From Alkanindiges sp. WGS2144 (GTDB lineage: Bacteria; Pseudomonadota; Gammaproteobacteria; Pseudomonadales; Moraxellaceae), in the NCBI RefSeq assembly GCF_043950625.1, contig NZ_CP171007.1: a DNA stretch of 32,000 nt. One strand, given 5' to 3'. The notes below the pieces were generated by a model. The model ran no database searches, had not been told where the DNA came from, and saw only the letters and a program-made list of their open reading frames with translations. The position numbers and the translations under genes were made by a program. Position 1 is the first letter of the stretch, and every line of letters begins with the position of its first letter. This document shows positions 18,479 through 27,479 of the stretch, piece after piece.

Positions 18479-21097
18479 ATGAACACTGCTGTGAATCCAG
18501 AATTGACTGAGGACAATCATCAAACTATTTACCTCAAAGACTATACGCCGCCCAGTTTTCAGGTTGACAGTATTGATCTGACTATTCAGGTGTTTGATGA
18601 TCACAGTCTGGTTCATAGCAAGCTAGTCATGCATCGGCAGTACGCAGGCGATCTGGTTTTATTTGGCCGTGATCTGGAGCTGCTTAATATTAGCCTAAAT
18701 GGGCAGGTATTAACCACGCATGATTATGAACTGGATACCGAACAACTGATTGTTAAAAACGCGCCTGATCTGTGCGATTTTGCCATTAGCGTGCGTATTC
18801 ATCCAGAAACCAACACGCAACTGGAAGGCCTGTATCAGGCGGGCAATTTGTTCGTCACTCAAAACGAGCCGGAAGGTTTTCGTAAAATTACCTTTTATCC
18901 AGACCGCCCGGATGTGTTGTCAGTATTTACCACGCGTATTGAAGCCGATAAAAAATTTCCAACCTTGCTGGCCAATGGCAACCTGATTGAAAAAGGTGAT
19001 TTAAATGACAACCGCCACTATGCCATCTGGCATGATCCCACCAAAAAGCCAAGTTATTTGTTTGCTGCGGTGATTGGTGATCTGGCAGTATTAAAAGATA
19101 GTTTTACCACCATGGAAGGGCGTAAGGTTGCACTGGAAATTTATGCGCTGGCGGATGACTTGTCCAAGTGCCATATTGGTATGCAGGCGCTAAAGGACTC
19201 CATGATCTGGGATGAGCAAAACTATGGCCGTGCCTATGATCTGGACAACTACATGATTGTAGCGGTGAGCCAGTTCAATATGGGCGCCATGGAAAACAAG
19301 GGCTTAAATATTTTTAATACTGTGTGCGTGCTGGCTGATCCAGAAACCACCACTGATCCTGCGATTTTTTATGTGAAATCCACCATTGCGCATGAGTATT
19401 TTCATAATTGGACAGGCAACCGCATTACCTGCCGTGACTGGTTCCAGTTATGCTTAAAAGAAGGCTTTACGGTGTTTCGTGATCAAAGCTTTTCCGCCAC
19501 CTTACAATCCTCTGCGGTACAGCGTATTGATGATGTATCCAGTCTGAAAACTATCCAGTTTGCCGAAGATGCAGGGCCGCTATCCCATCCACCGCGTCCT
19601 GATCATTTTGTGGAAATCAATAATTTTTACACTGCCACCGTGTATGACAAAGGCGCAGAGATTGCCCGGATGATGGCTAACCTGCTGGGGCCGGAAAAAT
19701 TTCGTCAGGGCACCGATGAATACTTCCGTCGGCATGATGGACAGGCCGTTACGGTGGAGGATCTTATTGACAGTTTAAGTGCAGGTTCTGGCGTGGATTT
19801 GCACAATTTTCTACCGTGGTACAGCCAGCCGGGTACCCCTTGCGTAAAGGGTAAGGGCAGTTATGATGTGGTTTCTAAAACCTATACCCTGACTTTAAGC
19901 CAGAGTACGCCAAGACGGCCAAACTATCCTGAACCACAAGCCTTGCCAATTCCAGTAGCTGTTGCTTTATTTGACCTGCAAACCGGTGAGCAATTAACGC
20001 TGCACAGCACCGCGCTGCAACAGAATAACTTAAAAGATGGCATGTTCCTGCTGGATCAGGCTGAGCAAACCATTGTGTTTGAGCAGGTTGATGCCGAGCC
20101 AGTGGTGTCGTTGCTGCGTGATTTTTCTGCGCCGGTACTACTGGATTTTAGCTACAGTGATGAAGACCTGGCCTTTTTGCTGGAATATGAAACCAATGGC
20201 TTTAATCAGTGGCAAGCCGCCCAGTTATTGCTGGAGCGCGTGCTGTTGCAAGGGCATGACAGCCGGGTTTATCTGCAAGCCATTGCTCAGGCTCTGCCAA
20301 AAGTGGCACAAACCGATGCCTTACTGGCCTCGCGTCTGCTGGAAGTTCCTACCGAAAGCTTTATGGCAAGCCGTATTGAGCAACAGTTTGACCCGGTTAA
20401 GGTGCACCACATACGTGAAGCCATACTTGATGCGATTGCCCAGCAGTTAAAAAACTACTGGTCACAAGCGTATCAGGCGCTGCCGATTGTGCCTTATGTG
20501 GATAATAGTATAGAAATGGGCAAGCGTGCGTATCGCAATATGGTGCTAGCCTTTGCGGTGCGTGCCGGTGTGGCTGGTGCACTGGACTGGGCAAGCACAC
20601 AATATGAGCAGGCAATGTGCATGACTGAGCGCATCGCCGCCCTGCGTCAATTGCTGTGGCACAATGCACCAGATGCTAACCAGAAACTGGAAGACTTTTA
20701 CAATCGCTTTAATCAGGTGCCTTTGGCACTGGATTTGTGGTTTGGCGTGCAGGCGGGTAATCCGCATGGTAGTGCCGATCTTGCCCGCCAGTTATTCCAG
20801 CATCCAGATTTTGACTGGGGCACGCCCAACCGAATTCGTGCGGTTACTGGTAATTTTGCGCAAAACCCAAGCCTGGTATGGACAAGTGAAGGCATGCGCT
20901 TTTATGCCGACCTCGCCCAGCAACTGGATCAGAAAAACTCTATTTTAGGCTCACGCATGCTGCAAACTCTGAGCCGCTGGTATACGCTGGTTGAACCATT
21001 GCGCAGTGAGGCGAAAACCATTCTGGAAAACCTAAAGCCTAATGTGTCGTCCAGTAGTGTGTGCGAGACACTAACCAGTCTGCTAAAGGCTGGCTAA
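18479..21097 (+). CDS. pepN: Aminopeptidase N (M1 family)
   Basis: 872 aa. It has GAMENKG, the zinc motif HEYFHNWTGNR and the downstream LKEGFTVFRD. An AAGGA Shine-Dalgarno sequence is present. Confidence 0.95.
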   Translation: MNTAVNPELTEDNHQTIYLKDYTPPSFQVDSIDLTIQVFDDHSLVHSKLVMHRQYAGDLVLFGRDLELLNISLNGQVLTTHDYELDTEQLIVKNAPDLCDFAISVRIHPETNTQLEGLYQAGNLFVTQNEPEGFRKITFYPDRPDVLSVFTTRIEADKKFPTLLANGNLIEKGDLNDNRHYAIWHDPTKKPSYLFAAVIGDLAVLKDSFTTMEGRKVALEIYALADDLSKCHIGMQALKDSMIWDEQNYGRAYDLDNYMIVAVSQFNMGAMENKGLNIFNTVCVLADPETTTDPAIFYVKSTIAHEYFHNWTGNRITCRDWFQLCLKEGFTVFRDQSFSATLQSSAVQRIDDVSSLKTIQFAEDAGPLSHPPRPDHFVEINNFYTATVYDKGAEIARMMANLLGPEKFRQGTDEYFRRHDGQAVTVEDLIDSLSAGSGVDLHNFLPWYSQPGTPCVKGKGSYDVVSKTYTLTLSQSTPRRPNYPEPQALPIPVAVALFDLQTGEQLTLHSTALQQNNLKDGMFLLDQAEQTIVFEQVDAEPVVSLLRDFSAPVLLDFSYSDEDLAFLLEYETNGFNQWQAAQLLLERVLLQGHDSRVYLQAIAQALPKVAQTDALLASRLLEVPTESFMASRIEQQFDPVKVHHIREAILDAIAQQLKNYWSQAYQALPIVPYVDNSIEMGKRAYRNMVLAFAVRAGVAGALDWASTQYEQAMCMTERIAALRQLLWHNAPDANQKLEDFYNRFNQVPLALDLWFGVQAGNPHGSADLARQLFQHPDFDWGTPNRIRAVTGNFAQNPSLVWTSEGMRFYADLAQQLDQKNSILGSRMLQTLSRWYTLVEPLRSEAKTILENLKPNVSSSSVCETLTSLLKAG

Positions 21098-21271
21098 ATC
21101 CAGTTTCGATCATTTAACAAAAGTTTGAACAGGGAGCCGGAGCCTGTGTATATACATGGGCTTTCTTTGTATAAAGTTTTTGTAAAAGACAAGACAAAGA
21201 GTCTTTTACCGACTCGTTGTTCTAGAGAGCATGGACTTAAAAAAATAATCACGGCTATACGCGTTAATATT

Positions 21272-22510
21272 CTAGACGGCTCGCGGCTTCAAGACCAGCA
21301 GGGTGATTATGCCTGCCATCAGCCCCCAGAATGCAGCGCCGATACCAAATAATGACAAACCAGATGCTGTGACTAAAAAGGTGATTAGCCCTGCTTCACG
21401 CTCAGTATCTTCTTTTAAGGCATTAACTAGACTAGAAGCAATAGTACCAAACAGTGCCAAGCCTGCAATGGCAAAAATCAGTGCTTGTGGGAAAGCCATA
21501 AATATTGTGCTCACCGTTGCGCCAAAAAGCCCAATTAACAGATAAAAAATGCCTGATATTACGGCAGCAATATAGCGTTTTTCGGGGTTTTCATGTGCTT
21601 CTTTACCTAAGCAAATGGCTGCACTAATGGCCGCAAGATTAACAGCAAACGCACCAAAAGGCGCAAGCAGGGTAGTTGCCGTACCTGTCCAGCCGACCAC
21701 GCTTGAGGTTGGGGAGTGATAGCCCGCTGCCTGAATCATTGCAACGCCGGGCAGGTTTTGTGAGGCCATGGTTACGATAAACAAGGGTAGCGCCAGGCTA
21801 ACGATTGCCTGAACTGACCACTCTGGGTTAATCCATACCGGCATGGTCAACTGTAAAGGCAACTGAGAAAACTGGAGCTGCCCCTGACTTGCAGCAATGA
21901 TCATTCCTAGCGCAAGCGCCAGCAAAATGGCATAACGTGGCATAAAGCGTTTGGCAAACAAATACACCAGCAGCATGCCAATAATCAGGCCGGGACTGGA
22001 AGGAAGCGTGCTAAATACCTGCAAGCCAAATTGCAGCAAAATACCAGCCAGCATGGCCGCAGCCAGGCTTACCGGAATATGTTTTAATGCCCGCTCAAAC
22101 CATCCCGAAAACCCTGCAATAGCAATCAGTAAACCAGTCACGATAAAAGCACCAATTGCCTCGTGAATATTAAAGCCATTGGCCCCGGCAATTAATATGG
22201 CAGCACCCGGTGTTGACCATGCGGTTGCCACCGGGATTTTATAATACAGCGATAAACCCAGCCCGCTTAAACCAATTCCCATGCCTAGCGCCCATAACCA
22301 GGAACTGATTTGTTCAGGACTTGCGCCAAAGTTTTGTGCCGCCTGAAACACCAAAACCGCAGAGCTGGTAAAACCGACCAGTACGGTCACAAAACTGGCC
22401 ACAAAAGCTGACAAGGAAAAATCTTTAAAAAAAGAAGAAGTGGACATAGCCGCTAAATAATAGGCAATTAAAGCAGAGATGATGGCAGGACTATGCCGAG
22501 ATGCAATCAT
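21272..22510 (-). CDS. benE: BenE-family (benzoate:H+ symporter-like) membrane transporter
   Basis: A polytopic membrane protein. The blocks TAWSTPGAAILIAG, SLAAAMLAGILLQFGLQ, LPLFIVTMASQN and FLVTASGLSLFGIGAAFWGL match my recollection of YdcO/BenE. The true start may be the internal ATG at 22447. Confidence 0.85.
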   Translation of the reverse strand: MIASRHSPAIISALIAYYLAAMSTSSFFKDFSLSAFVASFVTVLVGFTSSAVLVFQAAQNFGASPEQISSWLWALGMGIGLSGLGLSLYYKIPVATAWSTPGAAILIAGANGFNIHEAIGAFIVTGLLIAIAGFSGWFERALKHIPVSLAAAMLAGILLQFGLQVFSTLPSSPGLIIGMLLVYLFAKRFMPRYAILLALALGMIIAASQGQLQFSQLPLQLTMPVWINPEWSVQAIVSLALPLFIVTMASQNLPGVAMIQAAGYHSPTSSVVGWTGTATTLLAPFGAFAVNLAAISAAICLGKEAHENPEKRYIAAVISGIFYLLIGLFGATVSTIFMAFPQALIFAIAGLALFGTIASSLVNALKEDTEREAGLITFLVTASGLSLFGIGAAFWGLMAGIITLLVLKPRAV

Positions 22511-22604
22511 TTAAGCATAAAAAATAAGCGCTTAAAAAGAATAAAGTCGTGAGAATCTTCTACGGCTAGCTTGAAGTTAGTTTTTTTATCTCTTGTGTTA
22601 ATTA

Positions 22605-22633
22605 TTGACTAATTTGTTAAACATAATTAAATT
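22605..22633 (+). promoter_or_regulatory. Sigma70-like promoter candidate for the lipoprotein gene
   Basis: TTGACT (22605-22610), a 17-nt spacer, then TAAATT (22628-22633), about 40 nt upstream of the ATG. Confidence 0.25.
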
Positions 22634-22674
22634 GACTTTAAATCTTCGATAGAGCCTTCAGGGAAGTAAACCCA

Positions 22675-24642
22675 ATGAAAAGTATCAAGCTTAGTGCTTT
22701 AGCCATTGCTATTGTCATGACGATGGGTGCTGGTTGTAATGATCATTCATCTAATACAACGCCAGTGACACAGGAACAAAATAATCCAGACCAGCGCCTG
22801 CAAGTAAGTGGGCTTGTATTATTAGACGAACCAATTAGTGGTGCCACCATCACGGTTAAAGATGAAAGTGGCAAACAATTGCTGCAAATGAACAATGCCA
22901 CTGACGCGCAAGGGTTTTATACGGTTTATTTACCCGGAAAGCTTGAGAATTTTACTGTCGAAGTTACAGCCGGAAGATATGGCAATGAATCATTTGATTA
23001 TGCTTTAGCAGCGGATGTTGATGGCTTTTCTCAGGACACCAGTGCGGTCTATATTAATGCAGCCACCACATTGGCCAGCACTTACCGTCATCATGCAAAA
23101 ATAAGCAAAACTCAAGCAGATGCTGCTGTTAAACAGCTATTGAATCTGCCAGAAATGATTGATTTGGGTTTTGACCTGAGTAACCCAGCTTTAACTGCCT
23201 TTAACCAGAAAAAGTTTATGCAAGTTGCTGCGGAGCAAGGCGGTTTTAATCAATTGATTGACAAACTGGTTAGTATTTTAAATCAGCCGGAGCCTCATTC
23301 GCCTTATGATTTTAGTATTGTATTATTACAGGGCGGATTTGATTCAGTTTTCAACTCTCTAAAAGATATAGTTACAGAGGTAGGAAAATCGGCAGTTACC
23401 CCTACCAAGTCTGGTTCAAATACGGATATTGCAATTGCAAAAATGGGCTTTGACCTGGTAGGTAGTGCAATTAGCGCAATTTCTGCAACAGGTGGGCAGA
23501 GTGATGACAGGTCAAAAGAAATATTAGAAAAACTTGACGTGCAAAATACAAAATTGAACCAGATGAGTTCGCAAATTATCAATTTGCAGACTAATCTGAA
23601 TGCAATCAGTGAAGATATTAAACGTCTTGAAAAAATTATTGTGAGTGGATTTAATATAACTAACTACAACAATAAAATTAGTAGTATGAATGATGCAATT
23701 AACCATATTAATGCGAATTACCGCACTTATGTTAATTATAGTAAGAAAAAGCAATTAACAGCTAATGAACAAAATGAACTATCTTTGTTTGCTTACTTGG
23801 TTACCCTGAATATGCCTGCTTATCTTGACAAAATTCATAGTGAACAAATGGGGGGAGGCGGTGCAGAGGGCACAATTCAATATTGGCATAAGATGGTGAG
23901 CGATGTACATCGAAATGGGGAAAATGATGGTAACTACTATCCATTTGTAGTGAATGATAAATATTTTGATCAGTTAAATGAACAGTTTGAGTATTTTTAT
24001 GCACTCCAGGTACGTGGATTAACCATGCTGGTAGATGCTTATAAATATCTTGGTAAAGATGAAGAAGCTGAGGAAGAATATGAGTTTTATAAAAATAAAC
24101 TTGAAGAACAGGAAAAACTGCTCTATAGCCGCCGCATTCAAAGTGGGCTACTTGTTAGCCCATTAACAAACACCATGTTTTCTGCTGAGCCAGCTTGTAC
24201 CGCTGATAGTTGTATAACATTCATAACAATTGAAAACCAGAAAACTATTAGAATCAATAACTTAATCTCAACGCTGAATGATAAAAGTTATAAGGGCTAT
24301 CGTGATTGGCAACTGCCAAATAGTACACAGCTTTTAGCTCTTGGCAAAAACGGTGTTGAGCGTAGCCTCAGCCCCTTGATTGTCAAAGGATTTAAACTAG
24401 ATTTTATTAGACGTGATTCAAATGGCTTGGCTGCAATATGGAGCAGCGAGACTGAGACGAAAGCGGGTAATATTTATCCTGTTGCTTTATCTGTGATGGA
24501 AGGTCTAAGCCAGGTAGGACCCATAATGGTGGACTTAAGCAAGACGGAAGTTGTTCCTACTGTAGTGATTCCCTCACGACCATTTGGAGATAAAAAAGAC
24601 ACCTACGCAGGCACTATTGAAAGCAATAAAATTACCAATTAA
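22675..24642 (+). CDS. Orphan modular lipoprotein: CarboxypepD_reg-like beta-sandwich, long helical or coiled-coil core, and DUF1566/Lcl-C-like C-terminal domain. Function unknown.
   Basis: 655 aa. The signal peptide MKSIKLSALAIAIVMTMGAG|C has a slightly atypical lipobox. VSGLVLLDEPISGATITVKDESGKQLL...TDAQGFYTVYL resembles a carboxypeptidase-regulatory fold motif. A heptad-like stretch reads ILEKLDVQNTKLNQMSSQIINLQTNLNAISEDIKRLEKII. KGYRDWQLPNSTQLLALG matches the DUF1566 signature (GYxDWRLPtxxEL). Confidence 0.8.
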   Translation: MKSIKLSALAIAIVMTMGAGCNDHSSNTTPVTQEQNNPDQRLQVSGLVLLDEPISGATITVKDESGKQLLQMNNATDAQGFYTVYLPGKLENFTVEVTAGRYGNESFDYALAADVDGFSQDTSAVYINAATTLASTYRHHAKISKTQADAAVKQLLNLPEMIDLGFDLSNPALTAFNQKKFMQVAAEQGGFNQLIDKLVSILNQPEPHSPYDFSIVLLQGGFDSVFNSLKDIVTEVGKSAVTPTKSGSNTDIAIAKMGFDLVGSAISAISATGGQSDDRSKEILEKLDVQNTKLNQMSSQIINLQTNLNAISEDIKRLEKIIVSGFNITNYNNKISSMNDAINHINANYRTYVNYSKKKQLTANEQNELSLFAYLVTLNMPAYLDKIHSEQMGGGGAEGTIQYWHKMVSDVHRNGENDGNYYPFVVNDKYFDQLNEQFEYFYALQVRGLTMLVDAYKYLGKDEEAEEEYEFYKNKLEEQEKLLYSRRIQSGLLVSPLTNTMFSAEPACTADSCITFITIENQKTIRINNLISTLNDKSYKGYRDWQLPNSTQLLALGKNGVERSLSPLIVKGFKLDFIRRDSNGLAAIWSSETETKAGNIYPVALSVMEGLSQVGPIMVDLSKTEVVPTVVIPSRPFGDKKDTYAGTIESNKITN

Positions 24643-24657
24643 ATAGCCTAAGACAAG

Positions 24658-24691
24658 TGGCTTTTGGTCTAATGATTAAAAGCCATTTTTA
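24658..24691. terminator. Shared (bidirectional) terminator between the convergent lipoprotein and regulator genes
   Basis: An 8-bp stem, TGGCTTTT (24658-24665) / AAAAGCCA (24678-24685), followed by a T-run on the + strand that overlaps the regulator's stop codon. Confidence 0.55.
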
Positions 24692-25507
24692 TTGCGTGTT
24701 ATATGTCGGGTTTATTCTAAAGATCATGGCAATAAGCCCGATATATAATGCCAGCCATGGCTCGGCAGATTCAATTAGGGCTTCTGATTCTGGCGTCAAA
24801 TACAAGGCAAGCGCTAAATGAGTATCTAAGTCAGTATTATCAACCGGCACAGGCAGTATATAAACTGCTGACATATTCAAGATTTTGGCATAAAAATGTA
24901 AAGGATGGGCGCTATCTTCTAAAAGTCCGTTTATTTTAACTGGTTGTTTATTTTTAAGTACTGAAACGACAGGAAAAGCAGCGCCGTCCACCATGCCTTG
25001 TTCAGCAAGCTTTAAGTTGGCAATCACTACATATTCTGAAGGCAAACCCTTGTAGTAAATAATCTGGGCAATATTTTGTTTCGGTTCCTGTTTCCATAGT
25101 GCTACTCCTCCTGCATGTAATAGCTGTTGAATATTTTCTAGCGTTGTTTCTATAAAGTCACTGGATGAATTATTGTTAATCAGCTCAACTGAACGTGTGA
25201 GTTGCTCAATCAGGGTGGATGAATTTGGCAGTAGCGGGCTTTGTACAGGCGTATCTAGCACATGTTGTTTTAGGTTTTCCAGCCCGCTGATGCCCAGTTT
25301 ATCGGCATTAACCCATGATTGCATCACATGAAAATCAACTTCCACAATGGAGGCAATTTTTCTGATGGCCTCATCGCTGGGGGAGCGCTCACCATTGGTC
25401 AGTAGCGTAATGTAAGCCGGACTTAAGCCGGATAGTTTTGCCAGTTTATATTTGCTGATGCCTAAGCGGGATAATAATAACGAGAGCTGCTTTGAAAAAA
25501 AGTTCAT
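24689..25507 (-). CDS. XRE-family helix-turn-helix regulator with a GAF-like C-terminal sensor domain
   Basis: 272 aa. The N-terminus LLSRLGISKYKLAKLSGLSPAYITLLTNGERSPSDEAIRKIA is a typical HTH_3/XRE motif. The C-terminal 150 aa or so follow a GAF-like pattern (GGVALWKQEP..., VLKNKQPVKINGLLED, MSAVYILPVPV). The protein ends in a hydrophobic tail, WLALYIGLIAMIF. Confidence 0.75.
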   Translation of the reverse strand: MNFFSKQLSLLLSRLGISKYKLAKLSGLSPAYITLLTNGERSPSDEAIRKIASIVEVDFHVMQSWVNADKLGISGLENLKQHVLDTPVQSPLLPNSSTLIEQLTRSVELINNNSSSDFIETTLENIQQLLHAGGVALWKQEPKQNIAQIIYYKGLPSEYVVIANLKLAEQGMVDGAAFPVVSVLKNKQPVKINGLLEDSAHPLHFYAKILNMSAVYILPVPVDNTDLDTHLALALYLTPESEALIESAEPWLALYIGLIAMIFRINPTYNTQ

Positions 25508-25621
25508 AAACTTTCAAAAGGAAGAGCTTAATTCTTTTCATTATTGCAGATATCACTTGCCATAAGCTCGGTAAGCGAATAATTTTATGTTTTTTATTGA
25601 AAATAATGGATAAGGTTAAAA

Positions 25622-26089
25622 ATGGCGGGTCGTTACGAATATGCAGGATTCTGGGTGAGGGTAGCTGCAAGCCTGATTGATAGTGTTTTAATTCTACTGG
25701 TTACAGTGCCTCTTTTGGTGCTTTGGTATGGGTTTGATGTGTACTGGCAGGCCGCACAACATGGTGATTTTTTAGGATTGGGTGAGGCGCTGATTTCCTG
25801 GGTATTACCATTTACAGCAACCATCTGGTTTTGGCTAAAAATGCAGGGTACACCTGGCAAGATGCTGTTTTCTCTTAAGGTGCTGGATGAAAAAACTGGC
25901 AAACCGCTGACACTTTCACAATCCCTGATACGATATGCAGGCTATTTTGTATCTACCATTGTGCTGTTTCTAGGCTTTATCTGGATTGCCTTTGATACCA
26001 AAAAGCAGGGCTGGCATGACAAGATGGCCAGTAGTGTGGTAGTGCGTGACAATGGGATGGATGTGATACCGCTAATGATTGATCAGTAG
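25622..26089 (+). CDS. RDD-family membrane protein
   Basis: 155 aa. It has YAGFWVRVAASLIDSVL, three hydrophobic helices and QGWHDKMASSVVV, as in the RDD domain. An AAGG Shine-Dalgarno sequence is present. Confidence 0.85.
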   Translation: MAGRYEYAGFWVRVAASLIDSVLILLVTVPLLVLWYGFDVYWQAAQHGDFLGLGEALISWVLPFTATIWFWLKMQGTPGKMLFSLKVLDEKTGKPLTLSQSLIRYAGYFVSTIVLFLGFIWIAFDTKKQGWHDKMASSVVVRDNGMDVIPLMIDQ

Positions 26090-26141
26090 CCATAAGCCCA
26101 CAACAGGCATAAAGCTGTGCCAGTTTTATTTATAGATCATG

Positions 26142-26187
26142 AAAAAAGACGTCTTGCTCGAACTGAACAGCAGGGCGTCTTTTTTTA
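26142..26187. terminator. Bidirectional Rho-independent terminator between the RDD gene and tal
   Basis: A 12-bp stem, AGACGTCTTGCT (26147-26158) / AGCAGGGCGTCT (26169-26180), with two G-U pairs. It is flanked by an A-run upstream and a T-run downstream. Confidence 0.75.
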
Positions 26188-26221
26188 TCTCTAACATTCA
26201 GGGTGTTTGTACGAGCCGGGA

Positions 26222-27262
26222 TTAGGCCTCAATTTCACCAATGCCAAAACTGCTGCGTAATTGGTGCGATAACTGATCACGCGCCTTGATAAACCCGTCA
26301 ATACCCGCCTGTAGCAGGGCATAAGCCATTTCATCACGGTTTAAAAACTCTTCAAAGCGGCCTTCGTTCAGCTCTACGTATTCAACTGGTTCAGCCTGTT
26401 TGGCCAGCTCAGCTGAGAGCTGGGCTTGCACGTGGTCATGGCGCTGCTGAAGCTCGTCTAAAATACCGGGCGCAATGGTTAACAGGTCACAACCTGCCAG
26501 TGCCAGTACCTGGTCGCTACTTCTAAAGCTGGCGGCCATAACCTGGGTATTTAAGCCATGCTGTTTGTAATAGGTATAAATCTGTTTGACTGAATTCACC
26601 CCGGGATCCTGCGCAATCGGATAAGCGTCGCGGCTTTCTTTTTTTTTGTACCAGTCCAAAATGCGGCCAACAAATGGTGAAATCAGGGTGACTTTAGCAT
26701 CGGCGCAGGCAGAAGCCTGATGCAGGTTAAAGATTAAGGTTAGGTTGCAGTGAATGCCTTGTTCTTCCAGATACTTTGCCGCCTGAATCCCTTGCCAGGT
26801 CGCTGCAATCTTGATAAGCACACGGTCTTTATTAATGCCCGCATCTTCATACAATTTAATCAGCTCCAGCCCGCGCTCAATGGTCGCCTCACGATTAAAG
26901 GAAAAATTAGGATCAACCTCAGTAGAAACCCGGCCTTTGATCAGCTTTAAAATTTCAATACCCAGTTTAACCGTTAAAATATCAATGGTACGGTTAAGCA
27001 GAGGCTCGCCATTTAAGCCTTCCTGTTGCGCTTGCTGGTAGGCTGCTTCGATCAGATGGCGGTTTTCTGGCAGACTGGCCGCAGCAGTAATCAAGGAGGG
27101 GTTAGTAGTGGCATCCAGTGGTTTAAACTGGTCAATGGCATTTAAGTCACCCGTGTCAGCCACCACAGTGCTCAACTTACATAGCTGTGCCAGACTATTA
27201 TTGCCGGGCTGGGTTGCATCAAGTTTGTTTAAATCAGGGGTTGTGTCGGATTTACCAGTCAT
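26222..27262 (-). CDS. tal: Transaldolase (TalB type)
   Basis: 346 aa. It has TVVADTGDLNAIDQFKPLDATTNPSLI and the active-site Lys region VLIKIAATWQGIQAAK. It carries about 27 extra N-terminal residues relative to my recollection of E. coli TalB. Confidence 0.93.
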   Translation of the reverse strand: MTGKSDTTPDLNKLDATQPGNNSLAQLCKLSTVVADTGDLNAIDQFKPLDATTNPSLITAAASLPENRHLIEAAYQQAQQEGLNGEPLLNRTIDILTVKLGIEILKLIKGRVSTEVDPNFSFNREATIERGLELIKLYEDAGINKDRVLIKIAATWQGIQAAKYLEEQGIHCNLTLIFNLHQASACADAKVTLISPFVGRILDWYKKKESRDAYPIAQDPGVNSVKQIYTYYKQHGLNTQVMAASFRSSDQVLALAGCDLLTIAPGILDELQQRHDHVQAQLSAELAKQAEPVEYVELNEGRFEEFLNRDEMAYALLQAGIDGFIKARDQLSHQLRSSFGIGEIEA

Positions 27263-27479
27263 ATCAGTTTATTAGCTCAAACGATTATCTTGTTTATCAG
27301 TCAATGTAGCAAAGATTGCCAAGGCCTGAGAAGCCTTTTTACATACAAATAACCCTAAACTTACCTTTTGGTGGTCTGAGTGAAACACTGGCGCAGCTGG
27401 CAGTGCTTCATCTGTAAATTATCATTAAACCGTGTATACTTTAGCGCTTGATATTGAGGTGTTTTGAGCAAAAAATATT

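Noticed and set aside
21125-21352. A 75-aa ORF spanning the pepN-benE convergent spacer
   Set aside because: It runs into the benE 3' end on the opposite strand and has no motif. The region is better explained as a terminator spacer, with a weak AT-rich hairpin TAAAAGAC/GTCTTTTA at 21183-21208.
25446-25670. A 74-aa minus-strand ORF bridging the regulator start and the RDD gene start
   Set aside because: It overlaps both supported genes out of frame and has no independent evidence.
26222-27262. An N-terminal extension of about 27 aa on transaldolase relative to E. coli TalB
   Set aside because: No alternative in-frame start exists before the conserved core, so the extension is probably real. 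It is short, polar and unremarkable, and there is no evidence of a targeting signal.
27263-27479. The tal-pheA divergent region, checked for a Phe-rich leader peptide or attenuator like E. coli pheL
   Set aside because: The only upstream ATG is followed immediately by TAG. There is no Phe-codon run and no terminator/antiterminator pair. The hairpin AAGGC-ctgagaa-GCCTT is too weak to call.
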